From positions 3,370 to 67,369 of IMG/VR virus record IMGVR_UViG_3300020438_000030: a DNA stretch of 64,000 nt; one strand, 5' to 3'. The stretch is from a virus. Under the pieces are notes generated by a model that searched no databases, had not been told where the DNA came from, and was given only the letters and a program-made list of their open reading frames with translations. The position numbers and the translations under genes were made by a program. This document shows, in pieces, positions 1 through 7,764 of this stretch (positions are counted from its first letter, which is position 1; every line of letters begins with the position of its first letter).

Positions 1-1
1 A

Positions 2-283
2 GAAGAATACCTGGAACAATGGGAAGCAACCGTCACCTACGACAGAGCAAAGCCCTGCAACAAGCCGCCCTTCAACGGCAGCATCAGCAAGGACAAAGAA
101 GGCAAGCTCTGGTGCTACTGGATCCCAGTCCATGACAACAAAGAGCTCCAAGGCTGGTACGAAATCCCGTGCAAAGAAGACATTGAAGACTATGTCCTTG
201 GTTCATTAGCCTTTACACCTGGTGACCAAGAAGTTGAACCAGACCATCCTGATTCTTGGTTGAATCTTCTCTGTTTAATCTGA
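2..283 (+). CDS. hypothetical protein, 5'-truncated
   Basis: Frame open from position 2 (EEYLEQWEATV...EVEPDHPDSWLNLLCLI) to TGA at 281-283; not in the ORF track because the start lies outside the window. Confidence 0.7.
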   Translation, partial: EEYLEQWEATVTYDRAKPCNKPPFNGSISKDKEGKLWCYWIPVHDNKELQGWYEIPCKEDIEDYVLGSLAFTPGDQEVEPDHPDSWLNLLCLI

Positions 284-289
284 CCTAAG

Positions 290-320
290 TCTGGGCATCC
301 TTAACGGTGTAAGCCCCAGA
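290..320 (+). ncRNA. repeated structured intergenic motif, copy 1
   Basis: TCTGGG-CA-TCCTTAACGGT-GTAAGC-CCCAGA; outer stem has a compensatory A-U to G-C change relative to the other copies. Confidence 0.7.
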
Positions 321-336
321 TATATAACTAAATCTT

Positions 337-675
337 ATGTCAACAACAATCAGAGTCTACAAAGATTGTGGTCCTTATTGGGATCCAGATACTGACATAC
401 ATGTACTTCATAGCTTAGCCGATTTAATTGGCTGGGTTCGACATTACATGTCAGAAGAAATCCCAGACTGTATTGCTATCTACAACAATGATAATCTCAT
501 TGGTGGTTGGCTAGCAGAAGGAGATGCAGAGCCAGATGGTGAAGGGGGTATGTACCCTATTCACTGTGGTTATGAACGTGTTAGCCCCAATAGCTGGCAC
601 TGGACTAACAATCTTTTCAGACACACTTCCAAAATTACTCAAATGACAATTTTAAAAAGCAATGAATCAATCTGA
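337..675 (+). CDS. hypothetical early protein
   Basis: 112-aa ORF in a tightly coupled + strand array. Confidence 0.75.
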   Translation: MSTTIRVYKDCGPYWDPDTDIHVLHSLADLIGWVRHYMSEEIPDCIAIYNNDNLIGGWLAEGDAEPDGEGGMYPIHCGYERVSPNSWHWTNNLFRHTSKITQMTILKSNESI

Positions 676-940
676 AATGACAAAGCTTCACAAACAACAA
701 CTCAACATCAGATTACCTCAACATTGGTACATTGATAAACTTGATGATCTTGCAGAACGCACAGGTCGCAGTCGTATTGATGTAGCACGTTCATTGCTTA
801 TGGCTGCTGTTGAAACTTGTTATCCAGAAGAAGGACCAATTATTACAGTAGAAGATGTTCCTAAGTTTGAAGACTTAATGGACATCTACACATGGTCCTG
901 TTATGACAATGAACAACAAACACCTACTAACGACAAATGA
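662..940 (+). CDS. ribbon-helix-helix (CopG-like) DNA-binding protein
   Basis: QLNIRLP...KLDDLAERTGRSRIDVARSLL fits the RHH beta-strand plus two-helix pattern. Confidence 0.65.
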   Translation: MNQSEMTKLHKQQLNIRLPQHWYIDKLDDLAERTGRSRIDVARSLLMAAVETCYPEEGPIITVEDVPKFEDLMDIYTWSCYDNEQQTPTNDK

Positions 941-1161
941 CAGGACGCAATCGCTATCGTGTCAAGTACAGACATGAGCCACCAACAGATCCTGTACCTG
1001 GTCAAGATTATCTTCTTGGTGTAGGTACTTGGTCTGCCAATATTTATGCTCATGACATTGATGATGCACGGCACCAGATCCTAAAGAACTTTCCACGCAG
1101 AAAGTCTGATGGAAAAATGGTCCATAGAGTTATTGTTTCTTGTCGCAAAATCTACTACTGA
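937..1161 (+). CDS. hypothetical protein
   Basis: ATGA overlap with the upstream gene. Confidence 0.7.
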   Translation: MTGRNRYRVKYRHEPPTDPVPGQDYLLGVGTWSANIYAHDIDDARHQILKNFPRRKSDGKMVHRVIVSCRKIYY

Positions 1162-1166
1162 ATTTA

Positions 1167-1328
1167 ATGAATCAATCTGAATACATACCACCACCGTCTT
1201 TAAAAGAACGTGGTGGTCGTAATCCTGTTATGACAGTAGGCAACAGGCGTCCATGGAAAACTAAAGATCGTAAACGATCTAAATCCAAATCAAATCTAAC
1301 AATCTTAACCAAACTTAACAATGAGTAA
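1167..1328 (+). CDS. small basic hypothetical protein
   Basis: ATG at 1167 (MNQSEYIPPP...) preferred over the TTG at 1140. Confidence 0.5.
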   Translation: MNQSEYIPPPSLKERGGRNPVMTVGNRRPWKTKDRKRSKSKSNLTILTKLNNE

Positions 1329-1542
1329 ACCTGAAAAGTATTTGATTGAACCTATGACTGGTGTTGATCAAAGCATGGTCGAGTCACTTGCTAAAGTACT
1401 TGAGGTAATGCCGCACCAGATTATAGAGACTGCTCTGCATGAATGGCTTGAAGTTAACTTCATGCGTATCAATTCACTACATCGTAGTGCACAAGAGATC
1501 CACAATCAACTCAATCCCAAATCAAATGAAACAGGAACATGA
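1321..1542 (+). CDS. hypothetical protein, possibly RHH-like
   Basis: 73-aa ORF, overlap-coupled; GVDQSMVESLAKVLEVMPHQIIETAL. Confidence 0.65.
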   Translation: MSKPEKYLIEPMTGVDQSMVESLAKVLEVMPHQIIETALHEWLEVNFMRINSLHRSAQEIHNQLNPKSNETGT

Positions 1543-1730
1543 AAAACTTTATTAATTCCTATTTAATTGATGTAGTAGATGATGATTATGCTGAAACGGG
1601 TTTGACCAAAAGTCAAATCGACGATGCAACTGAATACATCTACTGGGCGTACGACTGTACTGAAATGTACGAACAAATTGATCGTTTGCTCACGGCTTAC
1701 CTTGCAACTCAATCCAAATCAAACTCATGA
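1539..1730 (+). CDS. hypothetical protein
   Basis: ATGA coupling on both sides. Confidence 0.7.
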   Translation: MKNFINSYLIDVVDDDYAETGLTKSQIDDATEYIYWAYDCTEMYEQIDRLLTAYLATQSKSNS

Positions 1731-2005
1731 CAACCAAATTTATTACTCCAAAAATCAATCTCAATGGTACTTCAGCAGAAACAATCTATGATGAACTTAA
1801 TGAAGCAAGAGTAAAACTTAATCAAGCATTAAAAACATTACGACTTGTCACAGTGCATGGTCGAGACTTTCAGACCATGCCTGACCCTAATGCTACTTGG
1901 CTTCAAGCCAAAACAGAACATCACGAAGCTATCAATCGTGTTGATGATGCATTAGATTGGGTTGACGCATGGATGGTAGCTATCCAAGAACAGATGTTCA
2001 CTTGA
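1727..2005 (+). CDS. hypothetical phage protein
   Basis: 92-aa helical ORF (INLNGTS...HGRDF), ATGA coupled. Confidence 0.75.
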   Translation: MTTKFITPKINLNGTSAETIYDELNEARVKLNQALKTLRLVTVHGRDFQTMPDPNATWLQAKTEHHEAINRVDDALDWVDAWMVAIQEQMFT

Positions 2006-2033
2006 TCAAACCTATTCAATTCAATTCAAACTC

Positions 2034-2306
2034 ATGGCTAAAAAACGCAGCGCTATCAACTTCCGCAAAACAATTTTCGGAATTGAAATCACAGAGAATG
2101 GTATACAATCTTTCGGTAAATCCGTAAAGCTTGGTCCTATTCAACTGTCTGGTAACATTGGACGGTCCGGTATCCTGGGATCTGTGGCGATCCCTGGAAC
2201 CGGCATCAGCAAACGCAGAATTAAATTGGCTGACCTACCAGACTTCAACACACCTGACTTACCTGAACACAAGAACAAACCTGACATGTGGACTGAAGAC
2301 GAATGA
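2034..2306 (+). CDS. DUF4236-like protein
   Basis: FRK...FGKSVKLGPIQLSGNIGRSG...SVAIPGTGIS resembles the DUF4236 signature. Confidence 0.6.
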   Translation: MAKKRSAINFRKTIFGIEITENGIQSFGKSVKLGPIQLSGNIGRSGILGSVAIPGTGISKRRIKLADLPDFNTPDLPEHKNKPDMWTEDE

Positions 2307-2497
2307 CGTACGTTTCCAAAGATCAAGTACCTGCTGATGCTGAAATCTTTACAGGACCCAAAGGCGGTACTTATTTCTACCGTGATGGTAAACGTATTTA
2401 TATCTTCAGAGATAAGAAGAAAGGTCAAAGACATACATTTAATCCTCGTAAAGGTAAATTCACTGAGTGGTTAGATAACCAACTCACACAACATTAA
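2303..2497 (+). CDS. small basic protein with a TGPKGGxY motif
   Basis: IFTGPKGGTYFYRDGKRIY resembles the basic adaptor motif seen in viral proteins. Confidence 0.6.
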   Translation: MTYVSKDQVPADAEIFTGPKGGTYFYRDGKRIYIFRDKKKGQRHTFNPRKGKFTEWLDNQLTQH

Positions 2498-2570
2498 GAA
2501 ATGATAAAGCCCCCTGCACCCCCGCAGGGACCACCAAGAATACTTATATACCTTTAAGTAAATACTTCTA

Positions 2571-2605
2571 TCTAGGCATTGTCCCCCCTACATGTAAGCC
2601 CTAGA
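2571..2605 (+). ncRNA. repeated structured intergenic motif, copy 2
   Basis: TCTAGG-CA-TTGTCCCCCCTACAT-GTAAGC-CCTAGA. Confidence 0.7.
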
Positions 2606-2632
2606 CTTCTGTTGTTCATTCAATCTCATCTC

Positions 2633-2878
2633 ATGCTTCAACCCAATGATCCAACCATCTATGACACTCTTGAACGAATGGAGTTGTTTGGCGGTGGCTT
2701 TGTTGCCAAGTTGGTAGCTGCTTTTAAGCATGCTGATCAACGTAACAAAGAACGTATCATCGCTGCTTTTCCAGAACTCTTTGAAGAGTACGGACCTAAC
2801 AGTGTCTTTGCTTCTAAAGATTCTTCTATCCAATCTATGGGTTATTCCATGGTCAAACATCTCAGTATACGAAAGTAA
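2633..2878 (+). CDS. hypothetical phage protein
   Basis: ATG at 2633 (MLQPNDPT...FGGGFVAKL...AD..NKERIIAAFPE); the track's TTG start lies inside the RNA motif. Confidence 0.75.
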   Translation: MLQPNDPTIYDTLERMELFGGGFVAKLVAAFKHADQRNKERIIAAFPELFEEYGPNSVFASKDSSIQSMGYSMVKHLSIRK

Positions 2879-2880
2879 TT

Positions 2881-3180
2881 ATGTCTATTATCAACATCAT
2901 TGATCTTGAAGAAGATCTAGTAACACATGAATCAATTCATTACATCGTCACTGCAATGGTTGCAGACAAACGTCTTGCCCGGCCTGCTGTCTATCACCCA
3001 GCAGATCTGGCTTCGCCTGAAGAGTATGGCCCTGGTGTTTGTTCAGCAGGGTTTGAAATTTTGCTTGGCGACAATCCTCCGCCAACCTTGGGTAGTCCTG
3101 TAGATCTACTCAATTACATTCAAGACTTAAATCTTGACTGGCAACTAGACGAATACCCGTATCATTATGGAAGCTTCTAG
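2881..3180 (+). CDS. hypothetical protein
   Basis: 99-aa acidic ORF with PEEYGPG. Confidence 0.7.
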   Translation: MSIINIIDLEEDLVTHESIHYIVTAMVADKRLARPAVYHPADLASPEEYGPGVCSAGFEILLGDNPPPTLGSPVDLLNYIQDLNLDWQLDEYPYHYGSF

Positions 3181-3227
3181 TCATGCCTTGCAAAAACCTA
3201 CGCAACAGTTAAACTGATTGCACAAAC

Positions 3228-3273
3228 CTAGGCAGCCGAGTGACATCCTTGTCGCGGCTAGGCGTAAGTCCTA
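3228..3273 (+). ncRNA. repeated structured intergenic motif, copy 3 (long inner hairpin)
   Basis: CTAGG-CA-GCC...GTGACA-TCCT-TGTCGC...GGC-GTAAGT-CCTA, 7 nt upstream of the tRNA. Confidence 0.65.
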
Positions 3274-3280
3274 AAACATT

Positions 3281-3368
3281 GGGAGTGTGGCGGAATTGGT
3301 AGACGCATCAGACTTAAAATCTGTGGACTGTTACAGTCGTGCGAGTTCAAGTCTCGCCACTCCTACCA
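3281..3368 (+). tRNA. trnL: tRNA-Leu(UAA)
   Basis: Acceptor stem GGGAGTG/CACTCCT, D-loop GGAATTGGTAGAC, anticodon loop CT-TAA-AA, long variable arm, T-loop GTTCAAGTC, encoded CCA. Confidence 0.95.
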
Positions 3369-3402
3369 AACACTTAGTATTCATTATTAATTCTATTTTT
3401 CA

Positions 3403-4074
3403 ATGCAAGATAATGTCTCACTCATCTGGGCTACACAAAATGCTGAACCACTCATTGTAGAGATGGCTCGCGTTAGTGCTCCAGCTAATGCAAAGAACGT
3501 CTCAACTGGTCCCAGGTTGTTAAAGTATCTTATTAAACAAAAGCATTGGTCACCATTTCAAATGGCATCAATGTGTGTAGAGATACGTACAACCAGAGGG
3601 ATTAGTCCTCAAATTTTACGTCATTCATCCTTTGGTTTCCAAGAATTTTCACAACGCTATGCAAACAGCAACGCTATTGGTAGTCCCCAGCTACCTCATT
3701 TACGCGCACAAGATCACAAGAACAGACAAAACAGTACAGATGATTTACAACAAAAGTTAGGTAAGCCAAGGCTTTCTGATTTTTACAGACGTATAGGTAT
3801 CTTGTATGAAGATGCTGAACATCTGTATCAAGAAATGCTTAGTGCTGGTGTTGCAAAAGAATCAGCACGTTTTGTATTACCTTTGTCTGCGCCCACAAAA
3901 TTATTTATGTGCGGCACACTCAGATCATGGCTCCATTACATAGACTTGCGTACTGCTAATGGTACGCAACAAGAACACAAAGAGATAGCTGAGCAATGCA
4001 AGGCTATCTTTCAACAACAATTCCCTATTATTTCGGAGGCAATGTGGGACGCCACTATCACCAAACACTCATGA
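3403..4074 (+). CDS. thyX: FAD-dependent thymidylate synthase
   Basis: HWSPF, RHSSFGFQEFSQRY (RHx..SxRY ThyX motif), AKESARFVLP, LRSWLHYIDLR...QxEH. Confidence 0.95.
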   Translation: MQDNVSLIWATQNAEPLIVEMARVSAPANAKNVSTGPRLLKYLIKQKHWSPFQMASMCVEIRTTRGISPQILRHSSFGFQEFSQRYANSNAIGSPQLPHLRAQDHKNRQNSTDDLQQKLGKPRLSDFYRRIGILYEDAEHLYQEMLSAGVAKESARFVLPLSAPTKLFMCGTLRSWLHYIDLRTANGTQQEHKEIAEQCKAIFQQQFPIISEAMWDATITKHS

Positions 4075-4391
4075 CACTTACGTGTAAATGTTGTGGTACA
4101 GACTTTACACGTAAAACAAAGCTTGAAGCTTATCGTATTAGACATAAAAAGTCAGGTCCTTATTGCAGTAAAAGCTGTGCTTCTAAAAGCAAACGAGATT
4201 ATGCACGTGCTTCTGGTTTAGAACATCCAAACACTATTCTTACTGAACAAGATGTTAGAACAATACGTATGCAATTCAAACACGGTGTACCAGTAAAGAA
4301 CATAATGATTCTTACTGGTATGTCTGAGAATTGTATTCGTTCAATCTTGTATAGAAAAACATGGAAACATGTGGAGGATTATGTCGCTTGA
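4071..4391 (+). CDS. Zn-finger plus NUMOD1/HTH-like DNA-binding protein (homing-endonuclease-type domains, no nuclease core)
   Basis: CKCCG...YCSKSC and GLEHPNTILTEQDVRTIR...RKTWKHV; ATG at 4071 overlaps the thyX stop. Confidence 0.65.
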   Translation: MTLTCKCCGTDFTRKTKLEAYRIRHKKSGPYCSKSCASKSKRDYARASGLEHPNTILTEQDVRTIRMQFKHGVPVKNIMILTGMSENCIRSILYRKTWKHVEDYVA

Positions 4392-4569
4392 ATTAGAAGA
4401 TGCTCTCCATCTTATTTATAAAGGTCAAACTAATGTAGCTGTTATGGCAAAAAAATTAGGCATCTCATTAGAAGAAATGAAACGCCTATTTGGTTTGTAT
4501 GTAAGCCAACGTCCTATTGATCCGGACATATGGCAAGCCGATGTAGAACCAAGCTGGCCTTGGGCTTAA
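4381..4569 (+). CDS. small HTH-like protein
   Basis: NVAVMAKKLGISLEEMKRLF. Confidence 0.6.
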   Translation: MSLELEDALHLIYKGQTNVAVMAKKLGISLEEMKRLFGLYVSQRPIDPDIWQADVEPSWPWA

Positions 4570-4715
4570 ACGACTTGTCCTTTCATTCGTTCACGATCAA
4601 GTTTTGCTTCAAACTCTTCACGTTGTTTCTTTAACCTTTCATTGGTCATCCAAATGAGCAAAGGGTTAGTACGTTCGTACTTAACACCTCGATAGGTCAG
4701 TGTCTTGGTAGACAT
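4566..4715 (-). CDS. DUF4278-family 'downstream peptide' (49 aa)
   Basis: MSTKTLTYRGVKY carries the LTYRG motif; GGAGG RBS; preceded by a glutamine-II riboswitch. Confidence 0.85.
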   Translation of the reverse strand: MSTKTLTYRGVKYERTNPLLIWMTNERLKKQREEFEAKLDRERMKGQVV

Positions 4716-4732
4716 GATGTCCTCCGCTAAAA

Positions 4733-4781
4733 CCCAGGTCCCGTTCCCTACCTGGTGAATTGCGCCCCAATGGGGTGAACG
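4733..4781 (-). promoter_or_regulatory. glutamine-II (Downstream-peptide) riboswitch
   Basis: Minus strand reads CGTTCA-CCCC-ATT-GGGG-CGCA-ATTCA-CCAGGT-AGGGAACGGG-ACCTGG; 5' CGTTC can pair with loop GAACG (pseudoknot); TATAAT lies just upstream; precedes a YRG peptide. Confidence 0.85.
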
Positions 4782-4788
4782 TCTTTTT

Positions 4789-4794
4789 ATTATA
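4789..4794 (-). promoter_or_regulatory. sigma70 -10 box for the riboswitch transcript
   Basis: Perfect TATAAT 7 nt upstream of the aptamer 5' end. Confidence 0.65.
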
Positions 4795-4797
4795 GTC

Positions 4798-4826
4798 CTG
4801 GGCAGCCTTAGTGGTATAAGTCCTAG
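4798..4826 (+). ncRNA. repeated structured intergenic motif, copy 4
   Basis: CTGGG-CA-GCCTTAGTGGT-ATAAGT-CCTAG, with G-U wobbles in both stems. Confidence 0.65.
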
Positions 4827-4850
4827 ACTCAACTCAACTCAACTTAACTC

Positions 4851-5621
4851 ATGCACACACTAAAACTTTCCAAAGGTAATGCCAAACTTGGTAAACGCCT
4901 TATCTTTTCATTACCAGCAGGATATACATGCCCTAATGCTGGTCATTGCAAAACATTTGCAGACAGAGTTACTGGTACAATTTCAGATTTACCTATGGCA
5001 GCTAATGCTTCTGGTCCTGAATACAGATGCTTTGCTGCTATGTCAGAAGCACGTAGTAAAAACTGTCGTGATGCACGTTGGTATAACTGGGATATCCTTA
5101 AAGAATTATTGTATAGTCCAGACGTAAGAAATCCTCAAGGTGCAATAGAAGATACAATTGCTTATGCAATATGGCAGCATAATAACAAGAAGTTTATATA
5201 CGATTTGTTTCGCATCCATGAGTCAGGTGATTTTTGGTCTGAGATTTATTTCAAAGCATGGCTTGAAGTTGCAAGACAACATCCAAAAATTAAATTCTAT
5301 GCTTACACTAAACAACTTCAGTACTGGCTCAACAATCAAGATGCTATTCCTTCTAACTTCTTTCTCACTGCTTCAGTTGGCGGTAATCTCGACCCTCTCT
5401 TAAATAAATACAGACATGTATTTAAACGTATTGCTTATGTAGTCTATACAGAACAAGAAGCTATTGACATGGGATTAGAAATAGACCATGATGACAGTCA
5501 TTGTTTTGGTGACAAACCTTTTGCTTTATTAGTTCATAGTGTTCAACGTAAAGGTTCTGATGCATCTAAAGCATTAAGTGCACGTAAACGTCAGGGTTCT
5601 TGGACAGGATATAGCAAATAA
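4851..5621 (+). CDS. Gp88-family phage protein
   Basis: GNAKL..FSLPAGYTCP...C...CFA, FRIHESGDFW and FYAYTK motifs of the GP88 family. Confidence 0.75.
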   Translation: MHTLKLSKGNAKLGKRLIFSLPAGYTCPNAGHCKTFADRVTGTISDLPMAANASGPEYRCFAAMSEARSKNCRDARWYNWDILKELLYSPDVRNPQGAIEDTIAYAIWQHNNKKFIYDLFRIHESGDFWSEIYFKAWLEVARQHPKIKFYAYTKQLQYWLNNQDAIPSNFFLTASVGGNLDPLLNKYRHVFKRIAYVVYTEQEAIDMGLEIDHDDSHCFGDKPFALLVHSVQRKGSDASKALSARKRQGSWTGYSK

Positions 5622-5636
5622 CAAGTTGCATAATTG

Positions 5637-5675
5637 TGCAGAACAGATATTATTTATGTGTTCTGCATTTATTTT
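5637..5675 (+). terminator. inverted repeat (possible terminator or operator) upstream of the PolA operon
   Basis: TGCAGAACA-N13-TGTTCTGCA followed by TTTATTTT. Confidence 0.4.
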
Positions 5676-5909
5676 ATGGCTTATTTAATTACAACTTATT
5701 TAGAAGACATACCTCATGCCATTATTCCTAATCCTTCTGCTAAACGTTTTGAATTAATTCCTATTGTAAAAGACTCTCAAGTTTCAAAAGCATTTTGTTC
5801 TCCTAACAAAACAGGTGCTATGAGTATACTTAACTGGATCAATGACAATGACACAGAACTTGCTTCAAAAAACCTTTCTGTTCAACCTGAAGCCAAGTTC
5901 TTCTGCTGA
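5676..5909 (+). CDS. hypothetical protein
   Basis: ATG at 5676 (MAYLITTY...). Confidence 0.6.
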   Translation: MAYLITTYLEDIPHAIIPNPSAKRFELIPIVKDSQVSKAFCSPNKTGAMSILNWINDNDTELASKNLSVQPEAKFFC

Positions 5910-7710
5910 AAAATGGTACGTATTTGATATAGAAACTAACGGACTTTATGATGATGTTAATGAAATCTTCTGCATCGTTATCTACGATGTCACGCGACAA
6001 CAAACTATTACTTACGGGCCTGACTCTATTGACAGTGCTATTGATGCTCTCAATGGTGCTGATGTACTTATCGGTCATAACATAATTTTCTATGATATTC
6101 CTGTCCTACAAAAATTAAAACCATCTTTTGTTTTAAACAAACAACATGTCATTGATACACTCATCTGCACACGACTCATCTGGCCGAAAGAAAAGTTATT
6201 CGAATCGGATACAGCTTCATACACACGTGTGCCAGGTGGACTCAAAGGGTCAGCTTCACTCAAAGCTTGGGGTCATAGGTTATCCGACTACAAAATTGAG
6301 TTTAAAGATTTCTCGTCTTTTTCTCAAGACATGTTGTCCTACTGTATACAAGACGTCAATGTCACAACCAAGCTTTTCGAACATATCCAAAAGCAAACCA
6401 TTGCAGAAAGCTCGCTTCAACTGGAACATATTTTTGCATCCTGTATTGAGAGACAGATTAGATCAGGTTTTCCTTTTGATATTGATGCAGCTCTTAATTT
6501 TGTGGATGAACTTGAATGTAAAAAACAAATATTAGAAAAAGAATTAATTAATTTGTTTCCTCCTATTGAACATGAAGAATGGTTTACTCCTAAAGTAAAT
6601 AATGTTTCTCGTGGTTATATAAAAGGACAACCGTTTTGTAAGAAACGTATTGAAGTTTTTAATCCTGGTTCACGTCAACAAATTGTAGAACGATTAAAAC
6701 AAAAATATAATTGGATTCCTGAAACTAAAACAGAGAAGGGAAATCCAGTTCTTAACGATGATGTTCTAGAAAAACTTCCATACCCTGAAGCTAAACCTTT
6801 AGCTGAATACATGTTACTCAAAAAAAGATTAGGTCAACTCAAAGATGGAAACAATGCATGGATCAAGCTTGTATCTCCTGATGGTTATATTCACGGTGAC
6901 GTCATTACTAATGGCTGTATTACTGGCCGTTGTAGCCACCGTAATCCAAACACAGCCCAAATTCCAGCAGCTTATAGTCCATATGGAAAAGAATGCCGTT
7001 CTTTATTTCATGCTCCTAATGATTGGATCCTTATTGGTTCTGATGCTAAAGCCTTGGAACTTCGTTGTCTTGCAGGGTACTTAGCTTTTTGGGATGAAGG
7101 AGAATATGGGCAAATGGTTACTGATGATTCAGTTGATATTCATACATACAATCAAGAAAAGTTTGGTGTTGAAACAAGAGACATAAGTAAACGACTTCTC
7201 TATGCAGTTCTTTATGGTGCTGGTTTTCTTAAAGCAGGTAGCATTGTAGATCCTAATGAAAAGAATCCTGATGTACTTAAAAGATTAGGTAAGACTGCTA
7301 TCAATTCTTTTATGACGGGAGTTCCAGCTCTTCAACAACTTAAAAATAAACTAGCAGAAAACTTAATTGCGCGTGGTTATTTACTTGGTTTAGATAGAAG
7401 ACCTTTGTATTGTCGTTCTGATTTTAAAGCTTTAAATGTATTACTGCAATCTTGTGGTGCAATTTTAATGAAGCAAGTTGTAGTTAACATCCATAAGAAT
7501 TTAACAAAAGCTTGTTTTGTTTATGGTCAAGACTGGCAGCAACATGGAATGATCCATGATGAAATCCAACTCAGCTGCAGACCAGGACTTGAAAAAGAAA
7601 TCATTCGTCTTGTTCTATCAGCTTTCCCTATGGCTGGTGAAACATTTGATTTTCAATGTAAGATTGAAGGCGATGCCAAGACTGGATATACTTGGTACGA
7701 TACACACTGA
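5842..7710 (+). CDS. polA: family A DNA polymerase with 3'-5' exonuclease (T7-like)
   Basis: ExoI FDIETNG, ExoII GHNIIFYD, ExoIII YCIQDV; motif A SDAKALELR, motif B KRLLYAVLYG, motif C IHDEIQ. Confidence 0.95.
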   Translation: MTMTQNLLQKTFLFNLKPSSSAEKWYVFDIETNGLYDDVNEIFCIVIYDVTRQQTITYGPDSIDSAIDALNGADVLIGHNIIFYDIPVLQKLKPSFVLNKQHVIDTLICTRLIWPKEKLFESDTASYTRVPGGLKGSASLKAWGHRLSDYKIEFKDFSSFSQDMLSYCIQDVNVTTKLFEHIQKQTIAESSLQLEHIFASCIERQIRSGFPFDIDAALNFVDELECKKQILEKELINLFPPIEHEEWFTPKVNNVSRGYIKGQPFCKKRIEVFNPGSRQQIVERLKQKYNWIPETKTEKGNPVLNDDVLEKLPYPEAKPLAEYMLLKKRLGQLKDGNNAWIKLVSPDGYIHGDVITNGCITGRCSHRNPNTAQIPAAYSPYGKECRSLFHAPNDWILIGSDAKALELRCLAGYLAFWDEGEYGQMVTDDSVDIHTYNQEKFGVETRDISKRLLYAVLYGAGFLKAGSIVDPNEKNPDVLKRLGKTAINSFMTGVPALQQLKNKLAENLIARGYLLGLDRRPLYCRSDFKALNVLLQSCGAILMKQVVVNIHKNLTKACFVYGQDWQQHGMIHDEIQLSCRPGLEKEIIRLVLSAFPMAGETFDFQCKIEGDAKTGYTWYDTH

Positions 7711-7764
7711 TTACTGGGCATTCTTAGTATGTAAGTCCCAGATTTCTGATCCAACTTTAAACTC

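Noticed and set aside
2512-2529. GC-rich hairpin CCCTGC-ACCCCC-GCAGGG as a terminator or seventh motif copy
   Set aside because: Lacks both the U-tract and the CA/TAAG loop
4716-4832. N-terminal extension of the 88-aa track ORF
   Set aside because: Spans the riboswitch and promoter; the RBS supports the ATG at 4715
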